Positions 1-10,657 of a stretch of DNA of 44,411 nt are shown in pieces. The stretch is taken from assembly GCA_026023565.1 (NCBI GenBank), contig JAPETS010000081.1:1-44411 (forward strand), read 5' to 3'. A program made the translations under genes and the position numbers. This stretch comes from Cirrosporium novae-zelandiae. Lineage: Eukaryota. Numbering within the stretch: position 1 is the stretch's first letter; each line of letters starts with the position of its first letter. Under the pieces are notes generated by a model that made no database searches, was not told where the DNA came from, and worked only from the letters and a program-made list of their open reading frames with translations.

Positions 1-40
<40 letters not shown>
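1..40. repeat. Poly-G homopolymer at window start
   Basis: 40 consecutive G. Confidence 0.95.
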
Positions 41-41
<1 letters not shown>

Positions 42-1037
42 GACTGGTGTTGGTGTTACATACATACAGTATAGTTAGTACCTGCCCAACCAACGGTATA
101 CGTATATACATACATACACATATAGAAAAAATGGAATAGAATGAATTCATTTGTTTATGACTTTTAAGTAAGAAAAAGTGGTATTATTATCTTGCTTGTT
201 GTATTACATATCGTATTTTATATGAAGTGTGAGTGGTATATGTATCGTATAAGGGGGAATGGGTGTCCAGATCGTTGATACCTACCCGTAGGTGTTGGGT
301 TGAAGATGAGAAGATGGGATAGCTAATACCTGTTGGATGGATTGGATTTGGATTTGCCATCTAGCTATAATATCTAGGGAGTAGACCGACGGGACTGTTG
401 AGCCTCTTGTGCCCATGTCACTCCATCCATTTCATCATATATCTTCTGTAGCAAATCCATGTCTCCAACCGGGGACTATAAGTATGAGAGCAAAAACCTA
501 ACCCAGAAAACGTAAAAGGGGAATCGTTGAAAATGGTCATTTCGTCAGTCAATCACGCACACACACACGTACGTATGTATTGTATCCGGTACGGATCATC
601 CGTTCGTCCTAGCTTAGAGCTTATCCTGCCTTATCGTATCTTATCGTATCCTATGCTATCATAGCTTAAATCATACATGTCGTTCCTCCTTCCTTCCTTT
701 TTGGCGCGCGTATCTTATAACTTCCGTTTGATGATTGAGAGGGGTGAAGTGGGGTTTATTGTGATGCGACGTGGTGGGAACTCTGGTTCATCAATTTAAT
801 TGTTTGTAGTCCAATCCAACCATTGGATACTTGAACCCCGGGGACAGATTTCCCAAATCCGGTATTGGCATATAGGTTTGTTGTACAACATCCGAAGAGC
901 TTCAACCGGGTTGATTATCGGCCAGCGAGATCATCACCACCGCCAGAATCTCGCACCCTCTAAGTAAGTGTGGCCATCATCGCCTTGAGAATCCTCGAAT
1001 CAGGAACTAGATTTGCAAAAATCCGGCCTCAGTTCCT

Positions 1038-2694
1038 CTACTCTCTAGTACGAACAAGTTTCATCCTACCTTTTCGATCCTTTCTCACCTCCACAATCTC
1101 CTTTTCTGGCGGTGCCCTCTCAATAATGATCTCGCGCTCATGGCCATGATCCCTGAGTTTTCGCTCCATACGAAGCTCCTGTTTTTCCAACTCGAGCGCA
1201 CGAATCTCTTGAGAAATGCTCCTTGATCTGCGGTGGCGATCGGGGAGTAAGCCAACCGGTCCTGCAACCACTGTTGAAGATTCTAGGAGTTCTGGATTAG
1301 AAATGATAAGTTCGCGCCGAGTGCGACCGGAGCTGGACGAGGACGAGGAGGAACTAGAAGAGACTGAAGCAGATCGACGGCGCGATTTAGATCGATGTAC
1401 ACGGATCTCACGGTGTACGTGGTGTTCGCGGTGATGCTCCCGGTGCTCATGCTTGTGTCTGTGTTTGTGCGTCGACTTTGAGCGATGGGTCGACTTTGAA
1501 CGATGAGTTGATTTGGATGCCGCGGAAGTGGCACGGCTACGGCCAGATTTCGCAGAGGGGGAGGTGTCGCGGACCCATTCATGGATGGAGCGAGTGGTTT
1601 CGCGTGCACGGTCAGGAGATTCAACCACTTCGGTGTGGCGGGTTATTACTTTTTCAGGGGCTGCTGGAGGTGCGGGCGCTTCGATAAGATAGGTTGTGCG
1701 AGCTGCGATGATAGTCATTAGCTAGTGACAATGAATAGAACAATATTCGGGATCATGTACTTTCACCGCCACGTTCTTGAATTTCACGGCTGACTCTGAC
1801 AATCTCGTCAATGTGGTCTTTACCGAGAGCTTTGAGGACAATTATCGTATCTTCCTGCTAGGAGTTAGTTTGACTATCAACCTTTGTGGAGAGAAAATCA
1901 CTTGCCTCTTCTTCAAAGGGATAGCCTAGTTCGATGACAGCTCTCTTGTTGACTAATCGTTTTGGCATACGTGTTTTTCCCCTACGGGGGAAAGGTCTAT
2001 CAGGTTCAAAGTCCCCATCAACCCTTTCGGTTTCTTTAAACTCGTAAGTATTTCCATCCCGGCGCCTGGTTGTACTTCTTTCTCGCTCACGAAGAACTCT
2101 GAAATCATCATCACCGTAAAAATCGGGTTCAGAAACTCGAATCTCTTCAAAATCTCGTTCCGCATATCTCGGGGGGGAAACCCATCGAGGAGGTCGTGAA
2201 TGAGAACGCGGGCGGGGAGGAACGGGAACAGGAATGACTTCCGGCTCGTCGTAGTCTCTAAAGCGGGGCGGGGGCCTTCTGTCAAACGTATCCAAGGAAG
2301 ATTGTCGCCTAACCAAACGAGGGCGAGGTGGTGCGCGCCTCTCAATTGGTATTGGTGGGCGACGTTCGTATGGGATCATAGACTGGGTTGGAGAAGTGAT
2401 AATCTCCTCGTCTTGTTCATAGTATCGAACATCTTGACGACGAGCTGGTGGACCATATCGCTCCTCACGGAAAAGCGGTTCTTTAGCTTGCATCCGATTT
2501 CCATAACCTGCAAAGGGCCGTTCTCGGTCCCTTTCCCTTTCTCGAATTTCTCTTTCCCGAATTGCAACCTGCGGGCTTCGAGGAGGAGCAAGACGTTCAT
2601 CACGTTCACGGGCGAAACGATGAGAATCCCATCGCTCAGGCACATCGCCATAGGCGAGGTCGTCGGCAGAAGCGCGAAAATTGAATCTCGACAT
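1038..2694 (-). CDS. Conserved fungal Arg/Glu/Pro-rich protein with DUF8035-like core; 3 exons (2694-1906, 1854-1761, 1702-1038), 515 aa
   Basis: Two ORF-track ORFs join through introns 1905-1855 (GCAAGT...ACTAAC...CAG) and 1760-1703 (GTACAT...GCTAAT...CAG). Splicing restores GKTRMPKRLVNKRAVIELGYPFEEE-EDTIIVLKALGKDHIDEIVRVSREI. C-terminus EVRKDRKGRMKLVR is typical of this fungal family. Confidence 0.85.
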
Positions 2695-3330
2695 GATAGT
2701 AGAAGTAAAATAGATGTCGGTGTAATTTCAAATCCTAGCTGAGATAAGGACCCGAGACTCGATAATTTGATCTTGGATGCACAAGGCAAGAACAAGCTTA
2801 TCAAGTGATTAAACGATGACGAAAATGAAGATGGTGAAGACCTGGCGGTCAGCCGACTAGAGCTCAGAGGGATCCTTGTCTAGGTGGTGGGGGGGACTAG
2901 CCAAGCTTCAATCAGTGAGTACAGACACCGAAAAGTCGAGAAATCTTAGTTTTCTTGATAAGAGGAGGTAGTAAAGGATAGAGTAGATGGAGAGAGTTAA
3001 GTAATATGAAGAGAAGCAGAGTAGAAAAGGGAGTGATGATGGGAATGTTAGAAGGTTTAGAGGTGGGATTGAAGAAGGGGGGGGGGGGGGGGGGGGGGGA
3101 GGAGCGAAGTAAGTGGCTTTTTTACTTTTGATTTTAAAAGAGCGCTGACGTCGTTTTTGGGCCCAACTCTTGGATGGACTTGATGGATGATGGGGACTTT
3201 GGAGGGTCGATGGGGTGGGAAGTGGAGCTAAAAAAGGGCTTTGCTGCCTCTAACTAACCCTCTGTTACCTCTTACTAACCAACGACCATAGCTACTGTTA
3301 CCTGCTGCTTCTTGTTGCTACCTACTTTAA

Positions 3331-3440
3331 TACCTATTAATACCTGCCGATACCTATTAATACCTGCCGATACCTGCTAATACCTGCTAATACCTGCCAA
3401 TACCTGCCAATACCTGCCAATACTTGCTAATATTTGCAAC
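3331..3440. repeat. 10-bp minisatellite, 11 units (TACCTGCYAA consensus)
   Basis: Units tacctattaa/tacctgccga/tacctgctaa/tacctgccaa read directly from the sequence. Confidence 0.95.
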
Positions 3441-4539
3441 TGCTTGATATTGGTTAACACAGCTACTCATATTGACCAATACCATGGACAAAGTTGCCAG
3501 TCGATTCCAGGCAATGTCAGTTCTACTGCAATAAGTTGTTGTTGGCTCGAAGGATCATGTCTTATTACTCGGGTTGAATGCCTTGAAACGCATTAAAATG
3601 CATTCTGCAAAGCTGAAAAGTTGAAAGAGTCATACGTAGCTACCTATATGTAATATATTTTACTTTTAATACATGTAATTATGTAAATCACATACACTAC
3701 ACATGGATCCAATCATACAAGCAACCACTTTTACATGAGAAGAATAGTGACCCTGACCATCTCCTCCTTTGCCCCGGACAGCAGTGGTAAAAATAATACA
3801 TTTAAAAAAAACATGAAAAAATAAATAAAACATAAAAAAGTAAAAAAAAAAGAAAAATAACAATCGACTAATGCATTTACACTTCACACTCTTGTTCCAG
3901 CGTCACTCCCAAAGAAGGAACAAGTTATTCTCCACGGGTCGCATAATGGCCTTCCGAGGCACACGTTCCTTGACAAGTCTAAACCCAAACTCCAGGATTC
4001 TCACCCCCAAGTTCGTAATGAAGTTGGGTGTCGATGCAGCCCGACATCGTCGGCCATTGTCAGTGGTAGTGGCATTGTCAATCTTCAGCCTGTACATACT
4101 CGGCCCATCATTTTCCCTTTCTCCCGTCCTTCGAGAAGGATGATCAAAGAGATTTTAATTATTACTGCAAATCTTTTCCTCTCGATAGATTCCGAAAGGC
4201 CGAGAACATCTACAATTGACATTTCCATCAGGCTGTCTGGTGCCACTGGAGAAATGGCCCCCCTGCCCCACACCTATCATCAGGCTTTCCCTTGTGTTTC
4301 TAATTACTGCAACTTTGCAACTGGCAGGCCTAGACCCTTGGAACGAATGAAGCTTCACTTTCACCCACTTTAACTTATCACATTGGCTGCCTCTACATAT
4401 TCACATATACATCCGTCCGTGTTCCCTTCACATCCGCCTGCCTTGGTTCCAATTCAATCGCAATAATATGTACACAAAAAGCGAATCAAATAATACCAAC
4501 TACCCGATCTGGACCCCTTTCTTACACATCCACTCTCAT

Positions 4540-6042
4540 TTAGTTGTTGATGATATCCTCTTGCACTTCCGATATGTACTGTTTCATAAAGCTTTCCAGG
4601 AATCCCACGACTTCAGTGTTGTCAGCAGCTGATGCGCTACCTGAAGTCGCCGATGCCGAGACTGCAACAGACGAGGCTGGAACCGATGAAGAGACTTTAG
4701 TTATCAGTGTGGATGGTGCTGCACTCGATTGAACAATGGCTGCAGATGTGGAGAGGACAGGTGCTGCACTAGAAGCTATAGAGGATGCAGCAACCACAGC
4801 AGATGAAGCTATGACCGTAGATGTAGCTGGAGCTACAGAAGTAGCACTAGCAACAACTGAAGAAACTGCAGCCGTTGACTGGACTAGAGCACTGCTGGTC
4901 GCCGCAACCTGTACTTGCGTTGATGCTCCATTCGCAGCCACTGCTGCACTAGAGGTTGCCACTGTTGAAGATGAAGCTGCTATCGAGGAACTACTGTCTG
5001 AGCTGCTGTCAGACCCTGAAGGGCCAGACACAGATTTCGTGATGCTTCCAGATTCGATATAAACACCGCTGAAATACCAATCCTCGGCATCGTTGTCTGT
5101 CGTATCGGAGCAGCTAGAGCAAGAAGGCACAAGGCGGAGAACCCCTAGATGCCAGTCTGCACCATCCTGTAGTCTTTAATTAGGTTTGCATCAAAACAAT
5201 TACTTGCATGATCCTACTTACGGAGGAGACGGTGGCGCTAACGGGAGATATTACTTCCGTCAGATCGTTGGCGCCAGTAGAATGCCAGAACCCCACGGTG
5301 CTCGTATCAAAGTCCTGCAACCAGTTAGTGTCTACCAGGTCATTAAAACTTCCAAAGCTCGTACAATTTCATAGGCAATGTTGTGCCAAACGCCTGCCTC
5401 GAAAGTAACATTCCATTCCGAAGAGCTCGAAACTTCCCATCGCAAATGCGAGTCAGAAGTTCCAGACGCTCCACTCAGCAATCCATACTTCATCTCGGTA
5501 AAATGGCTCTCAAAGAAGCAGACTTGATGTTCTTCGCCAGTACCAGGGGGGTTGGTGCTTGTCCTCTTCATGCTGAAATGGTACCATCTCTTCCCCTCAT
5601 TAATTGCAGCATCGGTCTGAGGAATTAATTCGGTACGCCTCATGGTCTGATCGTTCCAATAGGATGTATCATCAATCGTAATTTTGACACCCATTTCGGA
5701 GCTTGTATCTGCAGGGTTCTTGTAATCGGAGCCGACATTCACATAATCGGTCATGTTACCGTCGCCATGGATATAATATTGATATTGACCGACTTGGTTG
5801 CTCCAGGACCCTAATATAAGAAATAAGATCAGACTACCATCACAACAACTAATTCCGAACGGAGGAACCGACAATTTTCCAAGTTGGTTACGGTGGACTG
5901 GGTGAATCGGCCATCCCATAAAACGGTACCTAGTCATCCAATACACATCAGTATTCCTCTCAGACGGACCCCCGAGCATCATTATTCATATACCTGCAAG
6001 AGCAGATCCGACAAAGCTCAAGGCAACAATAGATTGAAGCAT
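4540..6042 (-). CDS. Secreted glycoside hydrolase family 131 beta-glucanase with Ser/Ala/Thr-rich tail; 5 exons (6042-5994, 5929-5873, 5810-5365, 5314-5222, 5166-4540), 423 aa
   Basis: Signal peptide MLQSIVALSFVGSALA, then GTVLWDGRF...WSWSNQVGQYQYYIHG, WNDQTMRRTELIPQT, EHQVCFFESHFTEMKYG, WHNIAYEIDF, DGADWHLGVLRL, EDWYFSGVYIESG. These are GH131 motifs. All four introns are GT-AG and keep frame. Confidence 0.92.
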
Positions 6043-6839
6043 GATGAGTAGAGAGTGTATGTTCTGTCTAAACCGCGACTAGCGCTGGTTCGATAAGTAA
6101 GATAAGTTATATAAAAGAGCGACTGGCGCTTGATGAAGCAAAGCAGTTCTATCAAAGAACAAGAAAAGGAGTGGAGGTTGCTCGAAAGCAAATGAGTGAG
6201 TGGAAAGAAGAAGATTTTCTGTTTCTCAAGGTTGAGGTGAAGAGAAAGAAACAAGTACAATAGAGCTGGGGGTGGGTTTGGTTTTGTATTCCCATGCGTT
6301 CATCATCATCCATCTTGAAGGCCAGCCGGATGTTACTTGAGACCCAAGCGGGCGAAGGTCCAGGCGCCATTTGCATCTCGGTTTAGGCCAAAGGTACGCT
6401 TTCACAGCTTCATGATTGTTTTGAATAAATAATCGACAAAAAAATGAACTAGAAAGGACATATCCGAAGCAATTGGCATTGAAACCGGTTAGATGTTTAA
6501 TAAATGGTTTATTAATATGGGGGAGATGAGCCAGGGGATGTGGTCGCTTGGATGGTTTTGAAACGATCCGGTTCAATGTTTCGGATGACACCGAGAAAAG
6601 AAGGAGGTTGAACTTCCGGATGACGGAAACGGAATGACTATTTAGTCATTTTTTATTCATTGTCTTGATAACTAACCAAGTAACTACCTAGGTAGGCATT
6701 TTATCTTTAAAAGCATAAAGCGTATATTCATAGCCAATTAAGCTTGTTATTTGACTATACGTCATAGATATAATGCTGCCCAAGGCGCCCCTTTTAACAA
6801 AAGAATAATAATAATCCATATTCTGCATTAAAAGAATCA

Positions 6840-8072
6840 TCATATCATCAGATCCCAATGCCCCCTTTTCAAGCATGTCTCCCCAATTTTCTTGCATCTA
6901 ATCAATCCATTTAGAGACGTATTCCTAAATCCACTCATATACGTCACCGGGACTCTGAATTCTGTTTTCTCAATGGAGACCCCGCCCTGCTTCATGTACC
7001 CCATCCTCCCACTCTCTGCCAACTCGGTAATTACTCTTTTCATTTTATTGCATCTTTGATTCAACAAGATGCTCTTCTGCGCATAGGATCTTGTGGAGAC
7101 TAACAAGTTTCCGGGTATCAACCACGAGCAACCCCGCATGAACGGCAGTTGCTTGTCGAGCTGGGCTTTCGGGACCGAGTGGAACGCGCTTGGGATTAGC
7201 AGGTGTTGATGCCTAGACGCCCAGCCGCGCGGTTTTGGCGGTGATTGGATTAGTAGTGGCCAGGTCTCTGAGGGAAGTTTAGACCTGATATGTCGAAGTG
7301 CCGAAGTCAATGGTGTCCCTGGAGGAGATGACATGAGGCTAGACGCCTCGTCGTCCATGATGTCGTATTCCGAACCACTCTCGTCAGATTCGGAATATAA
7401 ATCCATGCTTCCTGGTATTTGGTGAAACTCTCCGTTATCATCATCTCCTGAGTAACAAGAACTGGAAGAACTAGAAGCAGACGACGTTTGCCACGACTCG
7501 ATTTCTCCAATCGGAGCACTGTGCTCGTGCAGCAACCACATCCGTGCATCGTTTGTGGCACTCTCGTTTTTTCTTTCTTTAACGTCCAACCGTTGCTTTG
7601 GATCCTGGATGATTTCCTGAAGGTCGATTTCCCCACCGTCGAGCTGTGTTACCGCTTCGTTGTTTCCATCTAGGATCATGGGCTCCTCACTATAGTTCGC
7701 CAGGGGCAGATGATCGAAATGCTTCCGTTCCTTTGTTGCTGAGAGAAGTCTCTGGCTACCGTGCTTTGTTGGTTTTATTATGGTTGCCATTGATGATAGG
7801 CTACCTGTTCGTGTTCGTGTTCGTGTCGCATCGTGGAATCTCACTACTCGTCCATGCTCACAATTCCGTCTGGTACGCTCCTCGTCCCTTTTTTGTGATG
7901 GTGTGTTTAACTGGCTACCTCTTTTTCTCATCCCCTCGCTCGACACTGCTACAGGCTCTTGCTCTAGCTTGAGCTCTTCCGGCAGTCTAGTAGATGCTAC
8001 TACTATGATCTGGTGCTTATTATAGCCGTTTTTGTCCGTCTCACGATTCCTCTTATGCTTTTTTTTGTCCAT
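6840..8072 (-). CDS. Hypothetical protein, about 410 aa, single exon; basic N-terminus and acidic Ser-rich middle
   Basis: Uninterrupted ORF of 1233 nt from the first ATG (8072, MDKKKHKR). No recognisable family motif. Confidence 0.55.
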   Translation of the reverse strand: MDKKKHKRNRETDKNGYNKHQIIVVASTRLPEELKLEQEPVAVSSEGMRKRGSQLNTPSQKRDEERTRRNCEHGRVVRFHDATRTRTRTGSLSSMATIIKPTKHGSQRLLSATKERKHFDHLPLANYSEEPMILDGNNEAVTQLDGGEIDLQEIIQDPKQRLDVKERKNESATNDARMWLLHEHSAPIGEIESWQTSSASSSSSSCYSGDDDNGEFHQIPGSMDLYSESDESGSEYDIMDDEASSLMSSPPGTPLTSALRHIRSKLPSETWPLLIQSPPKPRGWASRHQHLLIPSAFHSVPKAQLDKQLPFMRGCSWLIPGNLLVSTRSYAQKSILLNQRCNKMKRVITELAESGRMGYMKQGGVSIEKTEFRVPVTYMSGFRNTSLNGLIRCKKIGETCLKRGHWDLMI

Positions 8073-8360
8073 GGTAAAATCTAATAACATTGAGATTCGT
8101 GTCGATATTTATATTCTCGTTAACGTTGATAATAATATAGTTGTTGGGGAATTTAAGTCCGGTTCTTTTACCTCACCACATATTTGCTTTTTGCATCCCT
8201 TTTCTTTTTTTTGTTTCTGCTGATTGCTAAGCGATGATGCCCGCTATTCCCACGAATCTATAAAAAATGGAATGAAGGAAAAAGTTATAGATTAGGTAGG
8301 TAGGTTTTCCCATCAAAATTGATGATATGATATGTATACACATACGTCCAACTTTTCTAC

Positions 8361-8434
8361 TACCAAAATCATATATTTCTCATGTCCGCCATAGCTTAGA
8401 AGCGACATACGGACAATAAAATGACTCATCATCA
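8361..8434. repeat. Copy A of a ~70-bp hairpin-forming element
   Basis: Core 8382-8424 matches 9254-9296 at 38/43 positions. Confidence 0.9.
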
Positions 8435-8808
8435 TATATCTCTCTGCATTACCCGCTAACTGCCTTTGCAAGGTATAGATCCAGCCGTCTATATCTATTT
8501 GTGAATACCATGCCCTCATCAATCAAGTAGTCAGTCGGCTTCTAAACTAACTCATCCGCTTCCATACTGCAGGCTCTAAATAAACGCTATCCGAACGGAT
8601 CCTAGAAAAGACAGGCGAGAAGAAAATATACCTAGCATTTCACTTCACTTCGTCGTCTGTGCGCTATATGGATGCCGTACAAAGCAAATACCCCATCCAT
8701 TCCGTCGTAACCTCAAAAGAAGAAAAGGAAAATACCACATCCCTCCCGCCTTAATCCCAAAAGAAGACAGGAAAAATAACCTACCACATTCCCATCATCC
8801 ACCATCCT

Positions 8809-10018
8809 CTACAAACTCAGCCGCGCCTTAACCCGTCCAAACATATCCAAGCCCATAAAAGCCGCTATAGCCATTACAAAAGCCCATTAGCAAACCTCTC
8901 CCTCTCAAATATCCTACACATGAAAAGGGGAGGGAAACAAACTCACCAAACGCCAAATACGGCCCATAAACACAAGCCAATTTTCCCTTGGCGTCAGAGT
9001 CGAGGTCGTCCCAGGAATAGATTTCGACTAGGCAGGTAAGTGTTGTGAGGGATGTTTGGAGAGCGAAGAGGAGGAGTTGAAGGGGGAGGAGAGGGGGTTG
9101 ACGGTCTGGTTTTTGGGGAGGTTTGTTAGTTAATTGGGGGAGGGGGGGAGGGTGATGGATAGATAGATAAGAAATGTATAGAAACTATTTTTCGACGTTC
9201 TGCTTCATCCATTATAAACCGTCGTAGATAAAGGGAAGTACCAAAATGATATTATGTCCGCCATAGCCTATAGGTGACATGCGGACAATAAAATGAATAA
9301 TCATCAAGAGAAGTACCAAAAAAAAAAGATAGTAGTCTAAATCCAATCCACCATCCACATACACACACACAGAAATTAAACAATATAGACAAGCCACAAA
9401 AAACAAAACAAAAAAAACAACCACCGTCTCCTCTCCTCTCCCTTCTCCCTTCTCCCTTCTCCCTCTCAACCCACAACCTACAACCCACCCCCAAAAAAAA
9501 CAAAAAACCAAAAAACCACAAAAAAAAATCACAAAGAAATAACCACAGAAAAAATAAATCACCAAAAAAACCCCCACACACAAAAAAAAACAAAAAATTT
9601 AAAATTCAAAAAACCCACTCACCTCCCCAAAGCCCCCACACAGCCCACAAACTCACAGGCCCATGCCACGTCGCCTCCATCCACAAAAACGCCAAAAACC
9701 ACCCCGGCGGCTCCGTGAAGAACTTGTCCCGAAACTCTTCAACATAGAATCCTCTTAGGTCTAATAGAATCTGTGGGGTTAGGAAGGGCGGGTAGAGGGT
9801 TACGAGGTCGATTGCTTGGGTTTGTTAGTTTGGGGGAGAGGGGATGCGGGGAATGGGGGAGACGGACTGAGCATTATTGGGATGTGGGTTAGGAAGAAGA
9901 GGAGGTAGAGGGTGTTCAGGCGGTTGGTCCAGAGGGAGGGTGGTGGTGAGGGTGGGGGGGGTGGTGGGGGTAGGGGTTTTGTGATTTGTGCGGGACGGCG
10001 GCGGGTGGTGGTGGACAT
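8809..10018 (-). CDS. EXPERA-domain membrane protein (TMEM97/sigma-2 receptor/EMA19-like); 4 exons (10018-9868, 9814-9623, 9105-8947, 8864-8809), 185 aa
   Basis: Spliced product reads LYLLFFLTHIPIMLTIDLVTLYP...FYVEEFRDKFFTEPPGWFLAFLWME...LLLFALQTSLTTLTCLVEIYSW...VYGPYLAFAAFMGLDM. Donors GTCCGT/GTGAGT/GTGAGT with ACTAAC/GCTAAT branch sites. Mostly missed by the ORF track. Confidence 0.9.
9239..9306. repeat. Copy B of the ~70-bp hairpin element, inside the 517-nt intron 2 of the EXPERA gene
   Basis: Homologous to 8361-8434; GAAGTACCAAAA occurs at 9235-9246 and 9310-9321. Confidence 0.9.
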
Positions 10019-10538
10019 GTTGGATATTGGAATTGGAATGGAATTGGAATGGAATTGGAATGGGGTTGAGGGGAGAGGAGAGGAGAAGTGAGTAAGGCGT
10101 TGGGGTTGGTTAATTGATGGTTCGTTTAGTAATTTGTGGATACCAAAATATCAAAAAATTCTTACTTTTAACGAACGGTGGGGGATATGAACTAGGATTA
10201 AGACCAAGACTACAGTAGGAGTACAATACAACAAAAAAGTCGCCAAGGAAGAATATTTTCTCCATTTCCAAAATGATATTTTGAATTCTTTTTAAAAAAC
10301 AATGGTTTATTTTATTATTTTGATGGTTATAAATAAAATATTCAGCGTGTGTGTGTGAGAGAGAAAATATCTTGGTGGGTATGTTTGGACTTTTGGCCTT
10401 AGGCATTTGAGCCTGGATTTGAGCATCTGATAAAGAAAGGTCAGGTCCGACATCTACTGTAACCGACGCGACTGATAGAACATCTACTGTAACTACAGCA
10501 CAATAAATATATATACCAACACAAAAGCATAACCCAGC

Positions 10539-10657
10539 ACATACGACCACAGGCTGGAAAGAACTGGGCATCCCGTCCGCTCTGCCAGACATAACTTCCA
10601 GACCGGTTGGTTAGTAGTTGGGTCGGTGACGACCAGCGAATCCCGACTGTTGTATGT
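10539..10657 (+). rRNA. 5S rRNA gene, copy 1 (dispersed)
   Basis: 119 nt ACATACGACC...GAACTGGGCATCCCGTCCGCTCTGCC...GGTTAGTAGTTGGGTCGGTGACGACCAGCGAATCCC...GTTGTATGT with paired ends. TATA-like element about 30 nt upstream and a long oligo-T Pol III terminator downstream. Confidence 0.98.

Noticed and set aside
1..40. Poly-G as a functional G-quadruplex
   Set aside because: Lies at the window edge and may be an assembly or sequencing artefact; poly-G/C tracts are common throughout this DNA
3331..3440. CRISPR-like array
   Set aside because: Contiguous 10-bp units with no spacers, in a eukaryotic context
3871..4373. Short ORFs with kinase-like VRILEFGF
   Set aside because: No other kinase motifs (HRD, APE, VAIK) in any frame; similarity too weak
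8361..8434. Canonical C/D box snoRNA
   Set aside because: Box-C-like TGATGA is present but no box D CTGA in either copy; kept only as an unexplained structured element
9212..9593. Two Phe/Val/Gly-rich ORFs resembling membrane proteins
   Set aside because: Translations of the T/G-rich low-complexity intron 2 of the EXPERA gene
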